Shown: positions 25,174 through 34,830 of the stretch, piece by piece
How positions within the stretch are numbered: the first letter of the stretch is position 1
Layout of the letters: each line of letters begins with the position of its first letter
Assembly: GCA_958420355.1 (NCBI GenBank)
Contig: CATZJG010000004.1
Coordinates: 69,972 to 133,971 of the forward strand
Direction: 5' to 3'
Length of the DNA stretch: 64,000 nt
Origin: an uncultured Collinsella sp.
GTDB lineage: Bacteria > Actinomycetota > Coriobacteriia > Coriobacteriales > Coriobacteriaceae
The notes under the pieces: generated by a model
What the model was told of the DNA's origin: nothing
What the model saw: only the letters and a program-made list of their open reading frames with translations
Databases searched by the model: none
Made by a program: the position numbers and the translations under genes

Positions 25174-27273
25174 ATGGCTAAGCCTAAGTACAAGCTTTCC
25201 GATACCCGTAACATCGGCATCATGGCCCACATCGATGCCGGTAAGACCACCACGACCGAGCGTATTCTTTACTACACCGGTAAGACCCACAAGATCGGTG
25301 AGGTCCATGAGGGCGCTGCCACCATGGACTGGATGGTTCAGGAGCAGGAGCGCGGCGTAACCATTACCTCCGCTGCTACCACGTGCTTCTGGAACAAGGA
25401 CGGTAAGGACTACCGCATCCAGATCATCGACACCCCGGGCCACGTTGACTTCACCGCCGAGGTCGAGCGCTGCCTGCGCGTCCTCGATGGTGCTGTCGCC
25501 GTCTTCGACGCCGTTGCCGGCGTTCAGCCCCAGTCTGAGACCGTTTGGCGTCAGGCTTCTACCTTCAACGTCCCCCGCATCGCCTTCATCAACAAGTATG
25601 ACCGCGTGGGCGCTGACTTCTTCAACGCTATCGAGACCATGAAGGATCGTCTCGACGCTAACGCCGTGGCCGCTCAGGTCCCGATGGGCGCCGAGGACAA
25701 CTTCTGGGGCGTCATCGACCTGGTCACCATGACTGCATGGGACTTCAAGGCCGACGAGAAGGGTATGACCTACCCCGAGCCGATGGACGAGATCCCGGCT
25801 GAGTTCGCCGACATCGCTGCCACCAAGCGCGAGGAGCTCCTCGACGCTGCTGCCAGCTTTGACGACGAGCTCATGGAGAAGATCCTCATGGAGGAGGACT
25901 TCACCGTCGAGGAGCTCAAGGCCGCTCTGCGCAAGGGCGTTCTGGCCAACGAGCTCAACCTCGTCTTCGTGGGCTCCGCCTACAAGAACAAGGGCGTTCA
26001 GGAGCTGCTCGACGCTGTCGTCGACTACCTGCCCAGCCCGCTCGACGTTGAGGCCGTCACCGGTACCGATCCGGACACCGGCGAGGAGATCCAGCGTCAT
26101 CCTTCCTTCGACGAGCCCTTCTCCGGCCTGGTCTTCAAGATTATGACCGACCCGTTCGTCGGTAAGCTCACCTATGTCCGCGTTTACTCCGGCCGCGCCG
26201 AGTCCGGCTCCTACGTGGTCAACGCTTCCAACGGTCAGCGCGAGCGCCTCGGCCGCATCCTCGAGATGAACGCCGCCGAGCGTATCGACCGTGACGACGC
26301 TGCCGCCGGCGACATCGTCGCTTGCGTCGGCTTCAAGAACTCCACCACCGGTGACACCCTGTGCGAAGAGGGCAAGGAGATCGTCCTCGAGAAAATCGAG
26401 TTCGCTAAGCCCGTTATCGACGTTGCCATCGAGCCCAAGACCAAGGCCGAGCAGGACAAGATGTCCCTGGCTCTGACCAAGCTCGCCGAGGAGGACCCGA
26501 CCTTCCAGGTGTCCACCAACCACGAGACCGGCCAGACCATCATCGCCGGCATGGGCGAGCTGCACCTCGAGATCATCGTCGACCGTCTGCTCCGCGAGTT
26601 CAAGGTTGACGCTAACGTTGGTAAGCCCCAGGTTGCCTACCGCGAGACCGCTGGTCACGACGTCGAGAAGGCTGAGGGCAAGTTCGTCCGTCAGTCCGGC
26701 GGTCGCGGTCAGTACGGCCACGCCGTCATCAAGCTCGAGAAGATGGAGGAGGGCTTCGGCTACGAGTTCGTCAACGCTATCGTCGGCGGCGTCGTGCCCA
26801 AGGAGTACATCCCGTCCATCGACAAGGGCATCCAGGAGGCCCTGAACACCGGTGTTATCGCCGGCTTCCCGGTCCTCGACGTTAAGGTCACCCTGTTCGA
26901 CGGTTCTTACCACGAGGTCGACTCCTCCGAGGCCGCCTTCAAGATCGCCGGTTCCATGGCTATCAAGGACGCCCTCAAGAAGTCCGATCCGCAGCTGCTC
27001 GAGCCGATCATGGCTGTCGAGGTCGAGACCCCCGAGCAGTACATGGGCGACGTTATGGGCAACCTCTCCGGTCGCCGCGGCAAGATCGAGGGCATGGAGG
27101 ATCGCAAGAACAGCAAGCTCATCCGTGCCAAGGTGCCGCTGGGCGAGATGTTCGGTTACGCTACCGACCTTCGCTCCCAGACCCAGGGCCGTGCATCCTA
27201 CACGATGCAGTTCGACTCTTATGAGCCCGCGCCCAAGTCCATCGTGGACGAGGTCATGAGCAAGAACGCCTAA
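25174..27273 (+). CDS. fusA: elongation factor G
   Basis: [37 protein letters not shown]. Confidence 0.97.
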   Translation: MAKPKYKLSDTRNIGIMAHIDAGKTTTTERILYYTGKTHKIGEVHEGAATMDWMVQEQERGVTITSAATTCFWNKDGKDYRIQIIDTPGHVDFTAEVERCLRVLDGAVAVFDAVAGVQPQSETVWRQASTFNVPRIAFINKYDRVGADFFNAIETMKDRLDANAVAAQVPMGAEDNFWGVIDLVTMTAWDFKADEKGMTYPEPMDEIPAEFADIAATKREELLDAAASFDDELMEKILMEEDFTVEELKAALRKGVLANELNLVFVGSAYKNKGVQELLDAVVDYLPSPLDVEAVTGTDPDTGEEIQRHPSFDEPFSGLVFKIMTDPFVGKLTYVRVYSGRAESGSYVVNASNGQRERLGRILEMNAAERIDRDDAAAGDIVACVGFKNSTTGDTLCEEGKEIVLEKIEFAKPVIDVAIEPKTKAEQDKMSLALTKLAEEDPTFQVSTNHETGQTIIAGMGELHLEIIVDRLLREFKVDANVGKPQVAYRETAGHDVEKAEGKFVRQSGGRGQYGHAVIKLEKMEEGFGYEFVNAIVGGVVPKEYIPSIDKGIQEALNTGVIAGFPVLDVKVTLFDGSYHEVDSSEAAFKIAGSMAIKDALKKSDPQLLEPIMAVEVETPEQYMGDVMGNLSGRRGKIEGMEDRKNSKLIRAKVPLGEMFGYATDLRSQTQGRASYTMQFDSYEPAPKSIVDEVMSKNA

Positions 27274-27333
27274 GTTCGAGCTCCCTGTTACGTAATCCGC
27301 GAGAACATCTCTCGCACTCTTTGGAGGTTTAAG

Positions 27334-27642
27334 TTGGCTACCCAGAAGATCCGCATTCGCCTCAAGGGCTATGATCACGAGGTCGTCGATCAGTCCGCGA
27401 AGCTCATCGTCGAGACCGCTCAGAAGACCGGCGCTCGCGTTTCCGGTCCTGTCCCCCTGCCCACCGAGCGCAACCTGTACACGGTTATCCGCTCGCCGCA
27501 CGTGAACAAGGACTCCCGTGAGCAGTTCGAGATGCGCACCCACAAGCGCCTCATCGACATCCTCGACCCCACCTCGGGCACTGTTGATTCGCTCATGCGT
27601 CTCGACCTCCCCGCTGGCGTCGACATCGACATCAAGCTCTAA
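27334..27642 (+). CDS. rpsJ: 30S ribosomal protein S10
   Basis: [26 protein letters not shown] and [27 protein letters not shown] start preceded by GGAGG. Confidence 0.97.
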   Translation: MATQKIRIRLKGYDHEVVDQSAKLIVETAQKTGARVSGPVPLPTERNLYTVIRSPHVNKDSREQFEMRTHKRLIDILDPTSGTVDSLMRLDLPAGVDIDIKL

Positions 27643-27663
27643 GCGATATCGCTCTTAGCTTAT

Positions 27664-27704
27664 AGAGCCCCGCTGCCATCTTGGTAGCGGGGCTCTTTTG
27701 TTTT
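27664..27704. terminator. strong hairpin between convergent rpsJ and birA (possibly bidirectional)
   Basis: AGAGCCCCGCTGCCA pairs with GGTAGCGGGGCTCT, followed by TTTTGTTTT. Confidence 0.8.
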
Positions 27705-27758
27705 GAGTTTAGATTTTGGGATAGCGAATTCGTCTGCCGAGCTGATGGCTGCGGCGCC

Positions 27759-28535
27759 CTATTCGCTCAGGGGGCGCAAGGACGCTTCTTCGAAGTGGAA
27801 GACGCACAAGCCGCTCTCGGTCTCAATGCTTGCGCGGCCGCAATCGTCGACCGTTCTAAATATGCCGCGTGCCAGCTCGTCTCCAGCGGGGGAGCGGGCG
27901 ATAACGTGCTCCCCAATCCAATTGAGGTGTGCGACATATTCGTCGTGGACGGGCGCGAGCGGTCCGGCGTTTTCTTCCATGGCGTTGAGGCGCTCTGCCC
28001 AGGTATCTACAGCGTCTATAACTGCGTGATAGACCTCATCGAGGAGCATGTCGACGGCGGGAACGCTCTCGTTGAGGTCCGAGAGGCCAATTGCCGCCAG
28101 GCCGCCATCGGGCACCTCTTGGGGCGTGTAGTTTACGTTGACACCAATGCCGCAGACGGCGAAAGGTTTGCCTTCGTTATCGCGTGCGGCCTCGACCAGA
28201 ATGCCGCCGAGCTTGCGTCCTCGCGCGACCAGGTCGTTGGGCCACTTGAGGGCTATTTCGCTTGCAAGGCCTTGCTTTTCGAGTGCTTCGAGCACCGCTA
28301 GGCCGCTGACGGCGGCAAGACCAGAGTACTTTGCGGGATTAACGCATGGACGCAGGACAATCGAAAGCAATAGGTTGCCGGCGGTTGAATCCCACTTGTG
28401 GCCGCGCCGGCCGCGTCCTGCCGTTTGCGCGCGGGCGGCAAGTCCTGTGCCGTGCGGCGCACCCTGTTTTCCTGCCTCGAGCAGGTCATCGTTGGTCGAT
28501 CCGGTTACATCGACAATCGTTAATTGGGCATCCAT
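27759..28535 (-). CDS. birA: biotin--[acetyl-CoA-carboxylase] ligase, short form without an N-terminal HTH
   Basis: QTAGRGRRGHKWDS (GRGRxGRxW-type motif) and LKWPNDL. I chose ATG 28535, which is preceded by AAGGAGG. Confidence 0.85.
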   Translation of the reverse strand: MDAQLTIVDVTGSTNDDLLEAGKQGAPHGTGLAARAQTAGRGRRGHKWDSTAGNLLLSIVLRPCVNPAKYSGLAAVSGLAVLEALEKQGLASEIALKWPNDLVARGRKLGGILVEAARDNEGKPFAVCGIGVNVNYTPQEVPDGGLAAIGLSDLNESVPAVDMLLDEVYHAVIDAVDTWAERLNAMEENAGPLAPVHDEYVAHLNWIGEHVIARSPAGDELARGIFRTVDDCGRASIETESGLCVFHFEEASLRPLSE

Positions 28536-28628
28536 AGCGGCTGCTACCTCCTTATTGAATAAGTGAATGACGCAATGGTGTCGAGAGATAGACACAATGT
28601 GAAGCCTTTGTCGCATTTGGACAATTTA

Positions 28629-28694
28629 ATGTTAACACGTCAACAAAGACTGAAATGCGTTATCCTCTCTTGGTCGATGTAAACACGTCAACAA
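28629..28694. promoter_or_regulatory. two 18-nt direct repeats in the birA/fabH divergent region
   Basis: ATGTTAACACGTCAACAA (28629-28646) and ATGTAAACACGTCAACAA (28677-28694) match at 17/18 positions, 48 bp apart. The second ends 6 nt before the fabH RBS. Confidence 0.35.
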
Positions 28695-28711
28695 CTCAAA
28701 GGAGGTTAGTG

Positions 28712-29671
28712 ATGGGTTTCACGATTCTTGGAACAGGTTCGGCACTTCCTGAGCGCAGTGTTTCCAATGACGAGCTGTCTGAGTTCCTCGATACCTCGGA
28801 TGAGTGGATTTTTACTCGCACAGGTATCAAGAGCCGCCACGTCTGCACCACCGAGTCACTTGACGACCTTGCCGTAGCAGCGAGCGAGCGGGCACTCCAG
28901 GTGTCCGGAATCGACGCGAGCCAGCTGGATCTGATCGTCTGCTCGACGACGACGGGTGACCACCTTGTTCCCGCCGAGGCGTGTGCCGTTGCTGAGCGAC
29001 TAGGCGCGACGTGCCCTGCCTTCGATGTCTCGGCGGCTTGTGCCGGCTTCGTATTTGCGCTCGATGTCGCCGAGGGCTATATCGCCCGCAGCCGTGCCGA
29101 GCGCGTGCTTGTTGTTGCTGCCGAGCAGATGACGCGCGCGCTCGAGTGGACCGACCGTGCCACCTGCGTGCTATTTGGCGATGGGGCAGGCGCCGCAGTG
29201 ATTGAAGCTGGGGGAGACAACCCCCTTGCCGTTGAGCTTTCGACGGCGCCCGACGTCGAGACGTTGCGCGTTCCCGGTCTGGTCGGTACCTCGCCGTTTA
29301 AGGCTTCCGCAGATAGCGCGAGCGTGCTGTTCATGAATGGCCGCCGCGTGTTCAAGTTCGGCGTCAACGCCATCTGTGACACGGTCCATAAGCTTGCGAT
29401 CGATGCGAGCATTTTGGTCGAAGACATCGATCATTTTGTATTCCATCAGGCTAACGAACGAATCCTGAGCCAGGCGGTCAAGCGTCTGGGCGTGCCGGAC
29501 GAGCGTGTGGTTCGCACGTTGCGCGAGACCGGCAACATTTCGAGCGCATGCATTCCGCTTGCCCTCGACCGGCTGGCAAACGCCGGTGCACTTCACACGG
29601 GCGACACGATCGCCTTGGTTGGATTTGGCGCCGGTCTGGATATAGGTGGCTATCTGCTTCGTTGGAAGTAG
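28712..29671 (+). CDS. fabH: 3-oxoacyl-ACP synthase III
   Basis: ILGTGSALPERSVSNDEL, AFDVSAACAGF (active-site Cys), FHQAN, GNISSACIP, GFGAG. Confidence 0.9.
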   Translation: MGFTILGTGSALPERSVSNDELSEFLDTSDEWIFTRTGIKSRHVCTTESLDDLAVAASERALQVSGIDASQLDLIVCSTTTGDHLVPAEACAVAERLGATCPAFDVSAACAGFVFALDVAEGYIARSRAERVLVVAAEQMTRALEWTDRATCVLFGDGAGAAVIEAGGDNPLAVELSTAPDVETLRVPGLVGTSPFKASADSASVLFMNGRRVFKFGVNAICDTVHKLAIDASILVEDIDHFVFHQANERILSQAVKRLGVPDERVVRTLRETGNISSACIPLALDRLANAGALHTGDTIALVGFGAGLDIGGYLLRWK

Positions 29672-29722
29672 TCGCACATAGGAAATAAAAACGCCCTAGG
29701 GCACAACCAAAGGAGAACTACC

Positions 29723-29959
29723 ATGGCAGATCAGAAGACCTTCGAGCGCGTTTGCGACGTTATCCGCGAGACCGCCGGTCTTGACGACGTTGAGATGAAG
29801 CCCGAGTCCACGCTCGAGGAGATTGGTCTCGACAGCCTGGGCACCGTCGAGATCCTCGTCGCCGTCGAGGACGAGTTTGGCATCCAGCTCGATACCGAGG
29901 AGAACCCCAAGACGGTCGGCGAGTTCGCCGATACGGTCGAGGCGGCATTGGAGAAGTAG
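29723..29959 (+). CDS. acpP: acyl carrier protein
   Basis: 78 aa, acidic, with the LGLDSLGTVEIL phosphopantetheine-attachment motif. Confidence 0.9.
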   Translation: MADQKTFERVCDVIRETAGLDDVEMKPESTLEEIGLDSLGTVEILVAVEDEFGIQLDTEENPKTVGEFADTVEAALEK

Positions 29960-29961
29960 AG

Positions 29962-30906
29962 ATGCTCAAGACTCCTCTCTGCGATCTGCTCGGCATCGAA
30001 AAGCCCGTGTTCCAGGGCGGTATGGCCTGGATTGCCGATGCCTCGCTGGCGTCCGCAGTGTCCGAGGCGGGTGGCTTAGGCATCATTGCGGCCATGAACG
30101 CCGACGCCAACTGGCTGCGCGACCAGATTCACGAGCTGCGCGCCAGGACGGATAAGCCCTTTGGCGTCAACGTCATGCTCATGAGCCCGTTCGCCGACGA
30201 GGTTGCACAGGTCGTGATTGACGAGCGAGTGCCGGTCGTCGTGACGGGCGCCGGCAATCCCGCCAAGTACATGAAGGCGTGGAACGAGGCGGGCATCAAG
30301 GTCATCCCGGTCGTTGCCTCGGTGGCGCTGGCGCGCCTCGTGGCACGTCGTGGAGCCACGGCGGTTGTTGCCGAGGGTACCGAATCGGGCGGCCATATTG
30401 GCGAGACCTCGACGATGGCACTGGTGCCGCAGGTCGTCGATGCGGTTGACATTCCCGTCGTGGCCGCCGGCGGTATTGCCGACGGCCGCGGCGTGGCGGC
30501 CGCCTTTATGCTGGGCGCCGAAGGCGTGCAAGTGGGTACGCGCTTTCTGGTCGCAGACGAGTGCACCGTCTCGGAGCAGTACAAAGAGATGGTCCTGAAG
30601 GCCAACGACACTTCAACGCGTGCGACCGGTCGCTCGACGGGACATCCAGTGCGCGCCCTCAAGAGCCCCTTCACCAACGCCTATGCCAAGAGCGAGGGTT
30701 CCGGCGCGAGTGCCGAGGAGCTCGGTGCTATGGGAACCGGTGCGCTGCGTAAGGCCGCCAAGGACGGCAACTACGAAGAGGGTTCGTTTTTGTGTGGACA
30801 GATTGCCGGCATGGTTAGCGAGCGCCAGAGCGCACGCGAAATCGTTGACGATCTGGTCGATGGCGCCGAGCGCGTCCTGAAGGGTGCGTCCGCATGGGTA
30901 GCGTAG
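29962..30906 (+). CDS. fabK: enoyl-ACP reductase FabK (FMN-dependent, nitronate-monooxygenase fold)
   Basis: IEKPVFQGGMAWIADASLASAVSEAGGLGII and ESGGHIGE, plus its position between acpP and fabD. Confidence 0.85.
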   Translation: MLKTPLCDLLGIEKPVFQGGMAWIADASLASAVSEAGGLGIIAAMNADANWLRDQIHELRARTDKPFGVNVMLMSPFADEVAQVVIDERVPVVVTGAGNPAKYMKAWNEAGIKVIPVVASVALARLVARRGATAVVAEGTESGGHIGETSTMALVPQVVDAVDIPVVAAGGIADGRGVAAAFMLGAEGVQVGTRFLVADECTVSEQYKEMVLKANDTSTRATGRSTGHPVRALKSPFTNAYAKSEGSGASAEELGAMGTGALRKAAKDGNYEEGSFLCGQIAGMVSERQSAREIVDDLVDGAERVLKGASAWVA

Positions 30907-31820
30907 CGTTTCTGTTTGCCGGCCAGGGTGCCCAACACCCCGCGATGGGCGTCGACTTGATCGAGACATCGCCGGCGGCCGCCGAGGTGTTCGCCATTGC
31001 CGATGAGGTGCGCCCGGGGACGAGCGAGCAGTGCCGGAGCGCCTCCAAGGAGGAGCTCTCGCAGACCGAGAACACGCAGCCTTGCGTGTTCGTGCACGAC
31101 CTGGCAGCAGCTGCCGCCCTGCGCGAGCGCGGCGTGGCACCTGCCGCCTGTGCGGGTTTTTCGCTTGGCGAGGTCGCCGCGCTCACCTTTGCGGGGGCAT
31201 TCGATACGCGAGCAGGCTTTGAGCTCGTGTGCGAGCGCGCGGCGCTGATGGCCGCGGCTGCCGAGCGCCATCCGGGCGGCATGCGCGCCGTCATCAAGCT
31301 TGATGCGGCGCAAGTCGAGGGCCTGGCTGCGCAGGCCGGCGAGGACTGCTGGCCGGTCAACTACAACAGCCCGCAGCAGACGGTTGTTGCCGGAGCGCCC
31401 GAGGCACTGCAGGAGCTCGACGTCCTAGTAAAAGAGGCTGGCGGCCGCGCCATGAAGGTCGCGGTGTCGGGTGCATTTCATAGCCCCTATATGGCCGAGG
31501 CGACCTGTGGCCTTGCCGCATATATTGAGGCCGGTCACGCGCCGTCCCCGTTGCTCATTCCTGTTTTGGCAAATATGACAGCGGCGCCCTATCCGGCGGA
31601 TCCCCAGACGGCATCGGATGTCTTGGCCAATCAGGTGAGCCATGCCGTACGCTGGGTCGATACGCTGCATGCTCTGCAGGATCAAGGCATCGACACATTT
31701 ATTGAGGTCGGCCCCGGCAAAACGCTGTCCGGCCTGGTCAAGCGTACGCTGAGCGACGTTCGTGTGTATTCGTGCGAGACGGCCGAGCAGGTCGCAGCTA
31801 TTGCCGACGAGCTCGCATAG
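30894..31820 (+). CDS. fabD: malonyl-CoA--ACP transacylase
   Basis: FLFAGQGAQHPAMG, GFSLGEVAAL (active-site Ser), AFHSPYM. Confidence 0.9.
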   Translation: MGSVAFLFAGQGAQHPAMGVDLIETSPAAAEVFAIADEVRPGTSEQCRSASKEELSQTENTQPCVFVHDLAAAAALRERGVAPAACAGFSLGEVAALTFAGAFDTRAGFELVCERAALMAAAAERHPGGMRAVIKLDAAQVEGLAAQAGEDCWPVNYNSPQQTVVAGAPEALQELDVLVKEAGGRAMKVAVSGAFHSPYMAEATCGLAAYIEAGHAPSPLLIPVLANMTAAPYPADPQTASDVLANQVSHAVRWVDTLHALQDQGIDTFIEVGPGKTLSGLVKRTLSDVRVYSCETAEQVAAIADELA

Positions 31821-31850
31821 TCCACAGGGCTGTAACCCGAAAGGAATGAC

Positions 31851-32624
31851 ATGGGCAACTTGAACAATGGCGCGCTCGAGCGCAACGACTCACGTCGCGT
31901 GGCACTGGTCACGGGCGGCTCGCGGGGTATCGGCCGCGCCTGCGCTATCGGTCTGGCGGAGGATGGCTACGATATCGCCGTCGTCTATGCCGGCAGCGTC
32001 GATGCGGCGCGCGAGACGTGCGACGCCTGCGAGGCGGCTGGCGCCACGGCGCGCTCATATCAATGCGACGTGGCCGACCCCGCTGCCGTCAACGCGTGCG
32101 TGGAAGCGGTCCTCAACGACTTTGGCTCCATTTGGGCGCTCGTCAACAACGCTGGCATCACCCGCGATGGCCTGCTCATGCGCATGGGCGATGACGCCTT
32201 CGATCGCGTGCTCGATGTCAATCTTAAAGGAACGTTTAACACGACGCGCGCGCTCACCAAGACCTTTATGCGCCAGCGCGGCGGCTGCGTCGTCAACATG
32301 AGCTCGGTCGTGGGCCTGATGGGCAATGCCGGGCAAGCCAACTACGCTGCCTCCAAGGCGGGCGTGATCGGCCTGACCAAGGCGGTGGCGCGCGAGCTTG
32401 CGCCCCGCGGCGTACGAGTGAACGCGGTTGCCCCCGGGTTTGTCGAGACGGATATGACGGCAAAGCTCTCGGAGAAGGTGCGTACGGTAACCGAGGAGCA
32501 GATTCCCCTTAAGCGTATGGCGCGCCCTGAGGAGGTGGCCGGCGTAGTGCGCTTTCTGGCGAGTGATGCGGCTGCCTACATTACGGGTGAGGTCGTGCGC
32601 GTCGACGGCGGAATGGCGATGTAG
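31851..32624 (+). CDS. fabG: 3-oxoacyl-ACP reductase
   Basis: ALVTGGSRGIGRA, NNAGI, and the SDR signature YAASKAG. Confidence 0.9.
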   Translation: MGNLNNGALERNDSRRVALVTGGSRGIGRACAIGLAEDGYDIAVVYAGSVDAARETCDACEAAGATARSYQCDVADPAAVNACVEAVLNDFGSIWALVNNAGITRDGLLMRMGDDAFDRVLDVNLKGTFNTTRALTKTFMRQRGGCVVNMSSVVGLMGNAGQANYAASKAGVIGLTKAVARELAPRGVRVNAVAPGFVETDMTAKLSEKVRTVTEEQIPLKRMARPEEVAGVVRFLASDAAAYITGEVVRVDGGMAM

Positions 32625-32660
32625 AAACCAGGGCCGAAGAACGGCTTGGATGAGGAGACC

Positions 32661-33911
32661 ATGATGGAACAGAGAGTTGCAATCACCGGTATCGGTGCCG
32701 TGTCGCCGCTCGGCAACACCGCGCTTGCCACCTGGGCGGCCATGTGCGCCGGCACGTGCGGCATCGGCCCGATCACGCACTTCGATACCGATGCGTTTGC
32801 CGTCAAGGTGGCAGCCGAGGTCAAGGGCTTTGACGGCAACGAGTACTTTGGCAAGCGTGACGCCAAGCACCTGGACCCCTGCGTCCAGTTTGCCCTGGCG
32901 GCGTCAGACGAGGCCATGCACGATGCGGGCTTTGATATCGAAGGCGCCATCGATCGCGAGCGCCTGGGCGTCTACGTGGGCTCGGGCGTGGGCGGCATGA
33001 CGACGCTCGTCGACAACGTCCATACGATTGCCGAACGTGGGCCCCGCCGCGCATCGCCCTATATGATCGCGATGATGATCCCCAACATGGCATCGGGCAA
33101 TATCGCAATCCGCCACAAGGCAAAGGGCCCGACCCTGCCCGTGGTGACCGCGTGCGCAACCTCGGCCCATGCGGTGGGCGAGGCGTTCCGCGCCATAAAG
33201 CACGGCTATGCCGACGCGATCATCGCGGGCGGCGCCGAGGCCGCAATTATCCCCGATGCCGTTGCGGGCTTTACGTCCTGCCGCGCATTGACCACCAACC
33301 CTGATCCCGCGACGGCTTGCCGCCCGTTCGATGCAGACCGCGATGGCTTTGTGATGGGCGAGGGCGCCTGCGTGCTCCTGCTCGAGAGCATGGAACATGC
33401 GCAGGCGCGCGGTGCGCACATTTATGCCGAGGTCGTGGGCTACGGCAACACCGATGATGCCTATCACATCACGAGCCCTGATCCCGAGGCTGCCGGCATT
33501 GCCCGCGCGATATCGCTGGCGGTGACCGAGGGCGACGTCAGGCCTTCCGAGGGCCTCTACATCAATGCCCACGGCACATCGACCAAGCTCAACGATTCGT
33601 CCGAGACGGCGGGCATTAAGCGTGCGCTCGGCGAGGACGCGGCGCGCGCCGCGCACGTCTCGTCGACTAAGTCGATGACCGGCCACATGATCGGTGCCAC
33701 GGGCGCCATCGAGGTCATGGCCTGCGCCATGGCGCTCGAGCAGGGCGTGGTGCCGCCGACCATTAACTACCACACGCCCGATCCCGCCTGCGATCTTGAC
33801 TACACGCCCAATCGCGCGGTTCGCGCCGACCTTACCTGGGCGCTTTCGACCAACCTGGGCTTTGGCGGGCACAACGCCGCCATCGCGCTGCGTAGATATA
33901 CGAGGAGCTAG
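32661..33911 (+). CDS. fabF: 3-oxoacyl-ACP synthase II
   Basis: VVTACATSAHAVGEA (active-site Cys), INAHGTST, SSTKSMTGH, GFGGHNA. The start is ATG 32661 or 32664, after GAGGAG. The track begins at TTG 32646. Confidence 0.9.
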   Translation: MMEQRVAITGIGAVSPLGNTALATWAAMCAGTCGIGPITHFDTDAFAVKVAAEVKGFDGNEYFGKRDAKHLDPCVQFALAASDEAMHDAGFDIEGAIDRERLGVYVGSGVGGMTTLVDNVHTIAERGPRRASPYMIAMMIPNMASGNIAIRHKAKGPTLPVVTACATSAHAVGEAFRAIKHGYADAIIAGGAEAAIIPDAVAGFTSCRALTTNPDPATACRPFDADRDGFVMGEGACVLLLESMEHAQARGAHIYAEVVGYGNTDDAYHITSPDPEAAGIARAISLAVTEGDVRPSEGLYINAHGTSTKLNDSSETAGIKRALGEDAARAAHVSSTKSMTGHMIGATGAIEVMACAMALEQGVVPPTINYHTPDPACDLDYTPNRAVRADLTWALSTNLGFGGHNAAIALRRYTRS

Positions 33912-33914
33912 AGC

Positions 33915-34388
33915 ATGGATTCCAAAAGACTTGCCGAGATAGCCGATGTTATGGAGGACCGCGGCCTCACGCGCGTACGCGTTGAGGAGCCCGATGGCAC
34001 CGCGGTCGAACTCGAGCGCGCGAGCGCCGCACAGCCGGTTGCCGTGCCCATGCCCATGCCGAGCGCTATGGCCGCTCCAGTTGCAGCTCCCACAGTCGCG
34101 CCTGCCGCACCGGAGCCCGCCGCGCAGACACCTGCCGCCGCACCGGAGCCCAAGGGCACCGAGGTGACCGCTCCCATGGTCGGCGTTTTCTATGCTGCCC
34201 CGGCGCCGGGCGACGAGCCGTTTGTGCACGTGGGCTCTAAGGTCAAGGCCGGCGAGACGCTCTGCATCATCGAGGCCATGAAGGTTCTCAACGAGGTAAC
34301 GGCAGAGGCAGACGGCGAGGTGCTCGAGATCTGCGTGGCCGACGGCGACCTCGTGGAGTTTGGCAGCTGCCTCATGAGGATCGGATAG
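33915..34388 (+). CDS. accB: biotin carboxyl carrier protein
   Basis: Ala/Pro-rich linker, then LCIIEAMKVLNEV (biotinyl-lysine motif). Confidence 0.9.
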   Translation: MDSKRLAEIADVMEDRGLTRVRVEEPDGTAVELERASAAQPVAVPMPMPSAMAAPVAAPTVAPAAPEPAAQTPAAAPEPKGTEVTAPMVGVFYAAPAPGDEPFVHVGSKVKAGETLCIIEAMKVLNEVTAEADGEVLEICVADGDLVEFGSCLMRIG

Positions 34389-34820
34389 GTGATATCCATG
34401 AACAAAGAAGAGCTTAAGGAACTGTTGCCGCATCGCGAACCGATGCTTTTGCTCGACGAGGCCGAGCTGGTGGGCGACGAGGCCCACGGCAAGATCACGA
34501 TCACGGGCGACGAGTACTTTTTGCAGGGGCATTTTCCGGGAAACCCGGTGGTCCCCGGCGTGATTCAGTGCGAGATGCTCGCCCAAAACTGTTGCGTGCT
34601 GCTGATGGGCGATGAGGAGGCGCGCGGCGCGACGCCGTTCTACACGAGTCTGGACAAGGTGCGCTTTAAGCGTCCGGTGCGCCCGGGCGACACGGTTGAT
34701 CTGGTGTGCACCATCACGCGTGCGCGCGGGCCGTTCCGCTTTGCGACGGGTACTGCGAGCGTCAACGGTGAGGTTTGCTGCCGCGCCGATATGTCTTTTG
34801 CACTCATGCACGAAAGTTAA
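34389..34820 (+). CDS. fabZ: 3-hydroxyacyl-ACP dehydratase
   Basis: LPHREPMLLLDE and GHFPGNPVVPGVIQCEMLAQ. Confidence 0.9.
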   Translation: MISMNKEELKELLPHREPMLLLDEAELVGDEAHGKITITGDEYFLQGHFPGNPVVPGVIQCEMLAQNCCVLLMGDEEARGATPFYTSLDKVRFKRPVRPGDTVDLVCTITRARGPFRFATGTASVNGEVCCRADMSFALMHES

Positions 34821-34830
34821 GGAAGGCTTC

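Noticed and set aside
25156-27543. 795-aa minus-strand ORF antisense to fusA/rpsJ
   Set aside because: High-GC antisense artefact, as for the rpoB/rpoC ORFs. fusA on the plus strand is certain.
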